A DNA stretch of 64,000 nt, taken from the NCBI RefSeq assembly GCF_964204645.1, contig NC_134035.1:5332001-5396000 (forward strand). The letters run 5' to 3'. Below, in pieces: positions 15,591 through 27,600 of the stretch. The number at the start of each line of letters is the position of its first letter. Within the stretch, counting starts at the first letter, position 1. This DNA comes from Tubulanus polymorphus. Taxonomy: Eukaryota > Animalia > Nemertea. The position numbers were made by a program, and so were the translations under genes. The notes below the pieces were generated by a model. That model did no database searches. It saw only the letters and a program-made list of their open reading frames with translations, and was not told the origin of the DNA.

Positions 15591-16363
15591 GACTTTGGGC
15601 TAAACAATGGAGCTTGTTGAAAATGCAGGTTCAAGTATAAGATTTTCTTCACTGTATTCCCCACCACCGACACCCTATCGAGGCATCAATAAATGTTCAA
15701 GTTAGTTTTCTTGTTACCTACTAAGACCTACATTAGGTTTTATTCAGCCCGATTTTCAAAATTTTAGCGACTTAATAGGGCTGCCAATGTCTGAGAAGTA
15801 CTATCAGTAACACGATGAAATATTTTCAGTAACATTTTAATAAAATATTGAAGAAAATGTTCACTTAATGGGTAACCAAGAGTAAGACCCTCGGCCTCAG
15901 CAACATCTTTCCTGTATGCATCCAGTGTTCTCGCTGGTTCGATAGTAAAGCATGGCGGTAAGAGCGCCAAAGGCGCCAGCCCATATCAGGAACGGGGGGT
16001 CCAGTGCTTAGATACGTTTTCCCAGTATTTGGGGGCCATAATTAACTAGTTTTAATTCGGTAATTTTCATGAAGCAGCGATCGTCGGTAGCTACTTCGAG
16101 ATTTATCTCCCTTAAATAAACTCCAATTTCGTTGTGAGAGATTTGTCATACGTAGAGTGATCGATATAGGCTCGTTGGATGCAAAAAGTCTTCTAGTTCC
16201 TATCAAAGCTAATTTTATGTGAATCAGTTGAGGATTTTTGAAAGTAAAGTTGATTCTTCTTCTTCTTCCGATATCTGTCAACATCAACTGGTTGATGAAA
16301 CACAGTGTATAGGTGTGCGCAAATAAATATATACAGACATTACTAATAAATTTAGTATTAACA

Positions 16364-16775
16364 TAATAATAATAATAATAATAATAAGAGTTTTTAAGCT
16401 AAGCGGTGTGGGAGAGAAGAGTCTTAAAGGCTTCGATACTCTCCGCTGACACAGTATCTGCAGGTAGAGCGTTCAAATCCCTAACTGTTCTGGTATAGAA
16501 GGATTGTCGTTTGATTTCAGTACGGGAGAACTTGACTTGAAAAGCTTTCGAGTGCGATTCTCTAGTTGGCGAGTTTATACAATAGTGTGAGTCTGGCCTG
16601 TCTTCTTCTTTCCTGTAGTGACTGCCATTGTAGGTGGGACAACATATCTGTTACACTGGATCTATTGTGGTGACGATTTGTGACATATCTTGCAGCTCGA
16701 TGTTGGATCATCTCCAATCGGTGTATGTCAGTCTGGAGATATGGGTCCCAGATACTACTCGCATATTCTACTACT
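16364..16775 (-). mobile_element. 5'-truncated non-LTR retrotransposon (CR1/L2-like) 3' end with (TTA)n tail
   Basis: Minus-strand translation VEYASSIWDPYLQTDIHRLEMIQHRAARYV...LQWQSLQERR...LLYK, then after a stop SFYTRTVRDLNALP...SIEAFK, is the typical post-RT ORF2 C-terminus. Simple-repeat tail reads (TAA)n at 16364-16386 on +. Confidence 0.88.
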
Positions 16776-17063
16776 ATTGATTGAAGTGGAGAGGTCATTT
16801 TTCGATTGATGATTAGTTGCCACCCTTGTTTTTTTATTACACAGGGATACTGGGGGTTTGTCATTGATACTGGTTATATTCATTCACTTTCATATCAATT
16901 GTGACAAGTCCCTGTGACTTTGCCTTCTTTTAATAATATGCAATAATGCAAACAAAAGCGCAGTAAACTTTTGACGCTTATTGTTGAGATTATGGTGGCA
17001 GACCCCGACTGACACGCCTCAAGTTCCTCGGAATTCATAGAATTACTGACCTGTGATAACTTA

Positions 17064-17400
17064 AGGCCTTTTTATGAACAAGCAAAATCGAAATAGATTA
17101 GCTATTTAGATTATATAGCCGATTACTGTCAATTAGCATAACCGGGTATGTTGGTTGATAAAAACGCCAGGTATAAATTATTCAATTATGGCCTACTCAG
17201 CAGCGACTTCTACCGAGAACACCATATCGGTTGGATTAGATAATCGAATCGGCATACTTGCTCGCCGAGCGAGTATGCTGAGTATGCTAATCGATTATGA
17301 TAACCAATGTTCATAAAAATGACGGATTATGACATAATCCATGCTCATAAAAACGTTTTGCATACTCGAATATACTAATCGAGTGTTCATAAAAAGGCCT
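17064..17400. mobile_element. PIF/Harbinger-type MITE, 337 bp
   Basis: Perfect TIRs AGGCCTTTTTATGAACA (17064-17080) / TGTTCATAAAAAGGCCT (17384-17400), flanked by TTA on both sides (3-bp TSD). Confidence 0.88.
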
Positions 17401-18037
17401 TTAGTCTGAATACCAGTCGTGTTACCGGTTCCCTACAACAACGACGGCTAGGTACTATTTCTAGACAAGTGAAAACTAATCACATCCGCCACGCTGACCC
17501 GCCATGTGCGGATAGGGAATGGAACAATCGCCATATTCAAATTCGAAATGAATTTCGATTCAATTCAATTCAATTCTAGCTTTATTGTTTCAACTGTGTA
17601 GCAACACAGACACGGGTACATACAAAAAATGCGATTAAGATATAACACAGAACACAAACTATAGATAAACAAAAATATCTACAATATCTTTCAACACCAA
17701 TTATTGAAATAATGGGCTTAAATAAAAGTGTTCCATGTAACCAATTCAATTCAATTCAATAACCAACAGATCTGTAAACCGAACCGACGCATACATTTCA
17801 ACATGAATAAGATAGAATATGAAATAAACTGATATAACTTAGGTTATAGACTTATAATTCTACCAAAATATCGACACCAATTACAATAAGAGAATCCGTA
17901 TTAATTGTGAAAAATTGATATTTTGGTTTTCATGTTTTCAGCGGAAAGTCTGGACTGAAGCAGCTGCGGTAATTGAGGATCGTCGTTAATGTAAACAATC
18001 TACACTGTCAGTGTCAAATAGGAAAGAAAACATCAAA

Positions 18038-19480
18038 ATGGAAGGTACGTAGGACGGTTGGCCTACCGTTTTAAGATCAAGTTTTTTACCAAACAGGTCG
18101 ATTTTAATTCCGTCTATTTTTCCAGTTGAAAAGAAGGTAAATGTCGCCTTTATGACGACCCTTGATCGGGAGATGTTTCCGATGAAAATGCCGCAGAATC
18201 GTTTCGGCAATGATTTAAATCCAATACGTGGAGCTCCTCATCGTGGACCTGGATGCTATGATAATGAACCGGTTCGTTCAAAATTCCATTCTTTATTAAC
18301 CAATTGTTGATGGTTCATTTTCAGAAAAGCATAGGGGCTCATATTTGAAATTTGAAGTTCACCCCCTAACTTCAGACATACAAGCCCTTTGGCTTGTGGT
18401 GTGTCAAATTTAAAAGGTCATCTAAATATTTTGTTTTTCTAATAATCAGGTGAGCAACTTCAAATATTTGACCGACCATAAAGTTCAGAGTCAAAAAGGT
18501 TATGTATTGGGTGCTCGAACAGCTCAGAGGTTTCGTGAAAAACTCCAAAATACCCCGGCACCAACGAAATATCAAACCAAGTGTACTGATCCAAAACTAT
18601 TCGATGAGGCATTCAAACCATTCAACGCAGCCTCAGCAAGATTTCCAGTCTATAAGAGAGACCTAGAAGTTGGCCCGGGGTAAGTGATCTTCATAGTTCA
18701 AATTGTGTTTATATTTCATCTGTGGAATTGCTTAAATTCATTAGTAACTGGTCTACAGTTCATGGGTTCGAATCCAGTTGAAGGTCTCCTAATTGCTTGG
18801 AAAGGAATATTGAAATTGCTAACAATGTCCCAAGGGCCAGTTTCTCAAAATTTGTTTGGAGTTAAAACAGTGGATATAGTTGACATAATGACAATCAAAG
18901 TCCATTTTTCGACAGTATTTATCCGCCGGTTATCTTTAACCAATTTCTGAGCAACTGGCCTCTGATGTTTACATTAGTGGTTTAAGCATTTTACTCAGGG
19001 ATGCCCAGGTTATAGTAGAAAAGTCTTGTGGTTCGGGTTTTACCTAATTTTTCTTGGTTTCAGTGCTGGAACATATGAACACAGTATACCACAGAACCGG
19101 CAGGTTTCGTGGCACCAATCATTCGGCGGGGAACCGATCAACTTACCACAAGTTAAAATACAAAGTACAATCAACAGAAATACTGACAAGGTTTGTTAAC
19201 TAACCGTTTTATCGAATTGATATACAGTCAATCCCCGATATACCGCCTGGTTTTCTCAATGTACATCTCAATACAAATACATAGTAAAACAACCCCGACA
19301 TACCGCCAAAATCATTCCGCCCCAATGTGGGCGGTATATCGGGGTTGACTGCATTTCTAAAATGTTCATGTTCAATCAATAATCAAGTAAATTTTGTATT
19401 TGTTTTCTTTCTAGTTGCTGAGTACGAAAGAGGAGAAAAAATACCACAGGAGATTAGCATATCTGAAGCTTTATTATTGA
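18038..19480 (+). CDS. PIFO: Protein pitchfork / ciliary microtubule-associated protein 3, 191 aa, 5 coding exons: 18038-18044, 18126-18271, 18450-18679, 19064-19190, 19415-19480
   Basis: GT-AG, in-phase model of 576 nt. Motifs PIRGAPHRGPGCY, KGYVLGARTAQRF, PFN...RF, GPGAGTYE and C-terminal YHRRLAYLKLYY* match recalled vertebrate PIFO (LRGSPHRGPGCY, KGYTLGARTAVRF, RVAYLSLYY). Confidence 0.93.
18834..18961. mobile_element. ~130-bp MITE family A, copy 1 (PIFO intron 3)
   Basis: Imperfect TIRs GGGCCAGTT(G/T)CTCAAAA...TGAGCAACTGGCC; six related copies in the window. Confidence 0.8.
19225..19351. mobile_element. Tc1/mariner-pogo-type MITE (PIFO intron 4)
   Basis: TIRs CAGTCAATCCCCGATATACCGCC / GGCGGTATATCGGGGTTGACTG. 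TA on the left, CA on the right; internal extra copy of the subterminal motif at ~19291. Confidence 0.8.
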
Positions 19481-19852
19481 AAGACTTTAGTCGCTGTTTC
19501 AACTCGAAAAAATAGATATCGTATCCGAAAAAAAATGCGCAGTACTTTAATGCATCATATTGATGCATCAAATCGTCGTAACTTGTCAACCATTTCTCAA
19601 TTCATATCAAATCAATGATTTCTTGTAAATATAATGAAGATAAAATATACTGTTTGTTACATAAAACAGAGCTGTTCATTTTCCATAATTCCATAGAGAA
19701 AGACTAAGTTCCCTCTAAAATATAACCCCTCCAAATTATTCAGTTCAATAATTTTGATCTAAATTTGGAGGCAGAGTTAAAACTCATTTCATCTTAATAT
19801 CGCTCTATAACAATTGTAATAGTTTATTTTCTGAGCTGCCATCCACATCTTG

Positions 19853-20831
19853 TCAACCGAAGTGACCATTTTTTCGAAGTTGATCGTTAAGTTTGCACAG
19901 CTGTTCTACGAAGCCGTCATTGGGATAGATTTCTCGACCTCGCCTGACGAGGCGAACAGCGTCTCGGATCTGAACGCGACGTTTGATCATCAGAAACGCT
20001 ATGACTAACGTCGCCGAGCGACTGACTCCTTCTCGACAATGAACGAGTAGTTTACCTGGAGAAAACAGATTTACAGTGGAACCTTCTGATAACCAACTCG
20101 AATAATATCACAGTTTTATCGCCAATTAAGACGAGTCTAAGCTTATGGTTCTATAACCAATCTTACAACTTAGGACTAGTCTAAGCTCATTTTGATTCTA
20201 TAGCCAATTTAACTACTTAAGACCAGTCTAACGATTTTAAGAATTCAAATTGAAGAAAATGTATTATACTACATGCTGCGTACCATTTTCTCGAAGGGCA
20301 TTTTCGATGAAATCAGCAGCTTCATAGAAATACTGTGACAAATCAAATGCCGTCGCGTCAATCGCTTCAAATCCAATGAATTCAATTCCTAGATTTTTAT
20401 ATAACGACGGCCCTGTACGAACGCAGTACGGTCCACGGCCGAGCGCTGCATTCATTATATGTGTTATCCCGATACATTTTAATTCACCGTGATTTCTCGC
20501 TATCGATCTGAAAATAAATATTTTAACCGGATTGTTCACACAGGTTTACTGATTGTAGGTTCACTACCGGCAACAGAAATAGTTTTCAACAAAAGGCTTT
20601 TCCAGTATTTCGAAAATATTTCCAGCATAAGTAAGATGTGAAGCATTGCCCTCACAATGCAGGAAATTAGAATACTCACTCCTCCCCTATGTAGACATCT
20701 TTATAAACCTCATCATACGCATTCGAAGGCAATAAAACGAGTCCTCCGGTATCAGCAGTTAAAATATCATGAACTTCGTCAATAGTGCAAGATGGTTCCG
20801 AACCCTCATCGTCATTAATGGAGGAAGCCAT
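19853..20831 (-). CDS. Atypical dual-specificity phosphatase, DUSP3/VHR-like, 192 aa, 3 coding exons: 20831-20680, 20507-20284, 20055-19853
   Basis: In-phase GT-AG model of 579 nt. Contains YDEVYKDVYIGE, GITHIMNAA, general-acid loop EAIDATAFDLSQYFYEAADFI, P-loop VHCREGVSRSATLVIAFLM and IYPNDGFVEQL. Confidence 0.93.
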
Positions 20832-21688
20832 CGCAACCGACCCTACAGAATTAGAAACAGTTCGCTCTGAATTCTGACCAACACTTCAAACCCACATATA
20901 GCGCATCATTACATCAAAATTCATCAAAATCGCTGATGTTAGCATGCATTTGACCATACAAATAAGCATTAGAATTTGGATTAAACTGATCCTCCAGAAT
21001 CAACAGAATTCGAGGTTGAACAGAGAAACTCGGCTACAATAACGATACCAGTACAAGTCAGTTTAATTGCTGTATTTAATGTATTTACATTACTATTTAC
21101 CAGTGATAAGTGTGTCACATATAACAACTAACAACCATCGGGTAGAGTACTTTCTATTTACTTAAACCTTACTACAAAACTATCGTATTGTAATCGTTGA
21201 CAAAGAAAATTCAAAACGGAATTCTTTTCTTTCATCTTTAGAATCAACATAAATATTCTCACGTTAAGAATACGAATTATTACGATTACGAAACTGAATC
21301 CTTTTTTTCTAATGATGAATAAATGCAACATCGGTTTCTACGATGAAAATGAACATGATCTTCGTTTTTTTTGCATATCGGATTCACTGCAAACGAATAA
21401 AATCACGCTAGTTAAAACGATCAAATGCATCCCTTCTACAATAGAATGCTTCTCTTCTTCAGACGTTAAATCAAACTTATATTGAAGTTAGTAAGGATCT
21501 TAAATGAAAGTGTAAATTTTGCGACTTCGACAGATGAACTCCAGTTACAACGATACGAACAAATAAATTATGAGCAACGAAATGTACAGAAGTGAAAACG
21601 CACAATTCAATTCATGACATCATAAACAGTTCAACGATCGCGAGTCTTTAATCCTACGTATACACGCACGTCCGAACGAACTCAATAA

Positions 21689-24600
21689 CTACGCCAGCAT
21701 CTCTTCGATCTCGAGCAGGAAGTCGTCGTCGTTTTGATCGGTCGTCGGGATGAAATCGGTTTCCGCGTCGGAGCCGAGTAGAAGTTCGAGTTCGGCGTTC
21801 AACGTGTCGTCGATGCTCGTACGCTTTTTAAAGGACGGTTCTTCGTGACTGAAAAATAGAACAATTTAGATTTGGTAAATTCCTTCATTTCTGATCGATG
21901 CGGTATTGAGTAAGAGAGGTGACTGGAAGACTGATTATTAATCTCAGCATTTCAGAATTAATGAGCAAAACCCACAGTCGATGACTTGACAATTTATGTT
22001 CGAAGTTTTGACTAAATTTCACGTCAATGATGAAGTTAAGTCAAAACCTCAACACTGTTAGAATAAACCGTTAAATCATCAACTGTGGGTTTTGTTCATT
22101 TAGAGTAACAGTTGAATGCAGAATAAGAAATTAACTAACCACGCTTCAGCTTTCCTCTTCTTTCCGCTGCTCGAATCGTCTTTCTCCGGCACGCCGAGAT
22201 CGGGCGTCACTTTCTCAACCTTTCCATGCATCGTTGCTACGGAAACGGCTGATGCGCTTTGAAGTTCTGGAGAATTCTTGCTCGAACTCGGATTCAAATG
22301 AGCATCAGCTGAAAGTCGCGGAGCACCGGCTGATAGTCGCGTAGCATCGACTGATAGTCGCGTAGCATCGGCTGATAGTTGCGGACTAATGGATGTTAGT
22401 CGCTCACTAGCGGATGTTACGATATCTGGCAAGTCAGTACTAGTACTATTTTTCGAATGAACTCGAGTTTCTGTTTTCTGAGGTGATTTATCGGTAGTCC
22501 TACTCACGCTCATACGCTGCATAAAACTAGGTCGCACGACCTCTTTTTCCGCCGGTTTCCTAGCAACGTTCACATTCCGACCCTTAATAGCGGTGACAGT
22601 TTCCGCCGCTTTTACTGTCGCGTTAGTCCGTCTAGGAGGCGCCACGGGTCTAGGTGGCAGCACTGTGTCGTCGTCGCTATTCAAATCTAAATTATCGTCG
22701 TAATCGGATAAGTCGCTGTCGCTCGGTTTTACCGGATTCACAGTTGCTTTCGGTTTTTTAATTCTCGACGACCACGAGGACATCATACGACTCGTTGAAC
22801 TATCCCGCGGAACACCAAATGTATCTGCGGAAATAAAGCGTACAACGACATCCTTTTTAGCGACTGACCCATAACTAAATGGACAATGCACAATGTTTTC
22901 ACTCAGCGCAATTTCAACATATTTCCCTGACTTTTCCCTATTTTTTTTACTACATTGTATTTCACAAAAATTCCCCAACTATTCCCTGACTTTTTTTAAT
23001 GATAAGAAAATTCCTTAACTTTTCCCTTATCTCCAGGTATGTGGACACTGGTCAACAGTTCTGGTCAATAATTAAGATTAGTTAATTAATTACCTTTATC
23101 ATCTTGAAAGTCATCAAACATTGATGATGAATTCGGTTCGTTCTGTTCTTGTTGTTGTTTGAGTTTTTTCTCGGCCATTATTTGAGCGAATGATTTGATC
23201 TTGACGTCTTTGCGTCGCTCTGAATCGGTCGACGGTTTCGTGTCAGGTTTTTTCGGCGACCCGGCTCGCTGCGGTTCCGGTTCAACCGTCGGCTTATCGG
23301 TGGCGCGCTGGGGAAAATCATGATTCATTGCAAAAATGAAATTCAAATCGAACGAAAGAAGATTTTCGATATTTTTGAGAACGATATGCCTACCACGGGT
23401 TTTCCGAACAGCATGGCCGGCTTAGTAACAGCAGGTTTTTCAGCTTCTACAATTGAAGGACCGGGAATCAGGGCTTCTGAAATAATCGAATAAACAGAAT
23501 AAACATGCGCATGATCGGTAGATAAAATAAGATTTTTAAGACTTTCTAAGCAGGGGTCAGTTACTCAAAAGTTGTTAACCAGTGGATAGAGTTGACAAAA
23601 CTGACAATTAAAAGTCCTCTGTTACTTTTGTATTTATCTGCCACATATCTTTTACCAACTTATGAGTCCCTGGCCCCAGCAAATGTTCTTTCAAATCCTT
23701 TAGAATTTAACGCATACCTCCTTTACGGGAAGGTGGCACGTATAGACGAATAGGAGCTCGTTTGAGCAGACGTTTTTTCTCGGCTTGCTCGGCATCACTG
23801 ACAGCGGTAGAAACGCCGACTCGTTCTAGTTTCTGAGGCTGAGATTTTACCTTCTCATCGTCTGAAAATCAAAAAGAAGTTACTCACCGAAACTCATTCG
23901 CATTGACGAAATCTTAGGTTAGAGAAAGGAATGTAGATGAAATCATACTAACCTTTTTTATTCAACCCCTTGTCTGTCTTTATTTGTGCCAATGATTTGA
24001 TAACGATATTCTTCGCGTTTGGCGGTTCTGAAAATATGACATAAAAAATTTCGATTCAACTCAGTTTTAAAAGCCATTCATCAAGCGAAGTGAGAGCGCT
24101 GGAGAAAATGAGAGACAAACCTGTATTATCAGTGAGTTTTTTATCGACTACCGTCACTCTTCGTTTTAGTTTCAGTTGTTTTTCGACGTCTGCTCGTTTT
24201 TTCTCCGCAGCAGACGGATTTCTCGACGCGGCAACAGTCGCCACCTTCTCCAACTGTGCTTCCTCTGGTTGTGTTTGTTGTTGGTCTCGTTTGACGATGA
24301 TTCGACGTTGAATTTTCTGCAGGACATCGTCGTCGTCGTCGTCGTCATCAGCGGCGACAGACACCTCTTCCTTCATGGCAGCAGCGCGGCGCCAGCCTCG
24401 ACGGCGTTGAGGGGCGGTCGTTTTCGGAGGGTCTTTAATCGTTACGACGACAGTCGGTTCGGAACCATCGCTCTCAGCGACCTTGATTCAAATAGAATAT
24501 GAAAACAAATTCAAAACCCAGATACAAATGAAGCAGGAGCTCTGTCTAATAATCATCAAATCGCAGATTGACTCACATTAGATCGGGTCGTTTCATCAGC

Positions 24601-27600
24601 GAGATCCTTCTTAGTTTTTGTCTGAAATATGGAGAAAGTAAATTGGAATTTTTGTTCAAAACATGCGCCACATCTATTGCAGAGCATAGTGAAGCAGGTC
24701 ACCAAACAGACACACCATTGACAGAGTAGGGGAGACTGAGCCAAGTGACAAGTTTTTCCAGTTTTTTGTTGTCACTGTTTATCAACAACATTGTTGATAA
24801 ACAATGATAGCAAGCAAGTGGAGAGGGAGCGTTGTAGCTGTAGCATAATTTTATTTAGGGATCATTCATTTATTACGTACGCATAAAATTTGACCTTTTC
24901 TACTATTGCACTGACCCCTCCCCCATCCCCTGCGTACGTAATAAATGAATGATCCCTTACCAGAACAGATATTCAATACCTTTTTCGACTTTTTCGGTTT
25001 CTTAGGAGACTTCGTCGTTGACTTTGTTGGGTTAACGATTTCGTTAACGACTTGGTCAACCTCCTCAGCAGTATTCAAGTCTTCATGCTCCGTCGTCGAT
25101 GCGCTGTTTTCATCATTCTCTTCCTTTCCATTTTCATCATCTTCGTCGTCGCTACTACTGCTGCCGCTGTTACTATCGCTGTCTCCGCTCGTGCTTCCGC
25201 TGCTACTCGAGCTCCCGCTGCCTGAACTTCCACCTTCGTCGCTACTCGATTCCGCATCGGTTCCGCTCGCCGACGAGGACCCCGATCCGGACTGTGATCC
25301 AGATGAGGAAAGACCATCGGCGTTTTCCGTTTCCGATTCATTCTCGTCGCTCGGCGCGTCTGCTCGTCGAGGTACGACGACCTGATTCACGGATGACGAC
25401 ACTTTCGGGGCTATCCTCTTCGTAGCCGTTAGAACGCGTTTTTGAATATCGTTCACTTCGATTTTGCGACTGTTGCGATTTTTACGGCTCCGAATTTCGG
25501 CCAAACTTAATCCTTTCGGTTGAGCTTTGACAACCGCGACGTCGCCGGGCTTATGCTTTTTGCGACGAATATCAGCAATACTCATACCAACATTTTCTAT
25601 TTGCAGCGACGCTGGATTCTTCTTGTTCTTCTTGTTCCGAATTTCTGCCAAACTCAAAGATTTTACCGGATTCGTCTCGAGATTCTCTTTCTTCGATTTG
25701 CTACCGCGTTTCGCCGGTGACTTGACGACTGCTAAATTGATTACTCGATTTTTCTCAAGCGGTCCGTCGATCGCCGGTTTGATGCGTTCTTTCTGATTAG
25801 CCGCGGCGACGACTGCCTTCGATTTCTTCTCAGCAACAACTTTCGCATTTTTATCGACTTTCGTTGCTTCGGGTTCTGATAAATATGAGAACGAAATCAA
25901 TTTTGAACATATCAGTAATTCCTGGATATGGAGGGTTTTCAAGGAGGTTTAATTAAAGGGGAAAATTTCAAATTTCATGACCCAATTAGACTCCTTAATC
26001 GGTACTGTTTATCTCTGTAAACCGTTGATTCGGTGGTTTTGTAAGCACATTTTTGCCCTTGATACTGCTGAACTCGTTTTTTTTTTGGTAAATTCCTAAC
26101 TGGGTAAAAAATATCCTGGTCACAACACCACCGATTTAGGTGTAGTCTCACCAGAAATTTGCTTATTTCTCAAAAGTGAAGGAGTTTTGAAGGAGCTTCG
26201 GGCATTTTGCTCATAACAAAGGAGTTTCAAGCACCTTTAAAAGCAGAAATCGATTTCAAAACAAGCGAAATCCTTCCCGTGTAAAAAACTATTCAGCCTA
26301 CGATGCTTACCCTTTTTCGGAACGCCTAGTTTCTGATCCAAACGCTCTTTCATACTGAGTAGTGCTTTATGTCGGACGGCATTCTCTAAACTCATTACAT
26401 CACCGGCCTCTGTACAAAAGAATAATGCAATGACTAGATAGCATTGTGTCGTTTAAGGCAGAGAGGTCGGTTAAGGGTTTATTTTAATACACTTACCCAT
26501 TTCGATCAAAGCTTTTTCAATAGATTGTAATTTCTGTTCGAGTTGTTTTCGCTGCACAGGATCTGCAACCGAACATCAAATATTAATACACGAGTCGCGT
26601 TCTTCGCATTTATGAAATGCCTTCGGTTTAACTTACCGGTGACTATTTCTTCTTTAACAGCCGTTTCTGGTTGTTTCGTTTGAGGTTGTTCGGGGAGTGG
26701 TTTCGTCGCTATGTCCGGTCGACTGCGCGGGCGACCACCGCGTGGCGGACTTCGAAGAGGTCGCACTAAAATACATAAAAACATTTTGATCGAATCAAAT
26801 AATTCTCTGCGAGGGGGATTCTAACTATTTAAGTGCATCTACACGCAGTGCTGCGCATAAATCCGTGATGGACTTTCATATTACTGATGTAATTGGTGCT
26901 TGAAAGATAGCAACACCTATCAATCATAATTAAATATTAGTAACTTATAATACATCGCACTAAAGCAGTATGCCCGTTAAACAACACACTGGAGTGGATG
27001 TTTTTTTAATTTTCAAATTTATCAGCAATACTTTAGGGCATTAATTAGTCAGCAATGAAAGTATTAAGGGGATACCGTAATCAATACCTCTCGCGGGTGG
27101 GCGATCTCTAAAATCAGGAATCCGTAGAGGACTACGAGGACGATCTCTTCTGAACGGTGGTGAACGACTCCTGCGATATCGCGGCGGAGGTGAACATCCT
27201 CGTCTCATCGGACTGAACCGTCGATACGGCGGCGACCGTCGATACGGTGACCGCGATCTCGTCTGTCGTCGCTGCGGCGACCGCGACAAACTACGACTGA
27301 ACGACCGTCGCCGCGGCGACCATGAACGACTGCGATCGCGTCGATTGCGATTACGACCGACGGCGGCCGAATCTCGCGCGACCGGTTTCTCGATCGGCGC
27401 CTCCTCGGGTTCCGGCAGAAAATCCGGATCGACGTCGGCGTGAACGTCTAAAATATCGTGTTCTTCTTCAACATCATCAACCCATTGTTCTTTTTCTTCT
27501 GAAAAATGAAAAATATTCAATATTAATTTCAGAATTTTAAAGTCTTGATTTGTTGACAAATCACAGTGGATTCAACAGAAAACGATGATCACCTGCGACA

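Noticed and set aside
17415-17745. RFX X-box upstream of ciliary PIFO (GTTCCCTACAACAAC ~17428, GTTCCATGTAAC ~17730)
   Set aside because: Only partial matches to the consensus and the TSS is unknown, so it cannot be supported.
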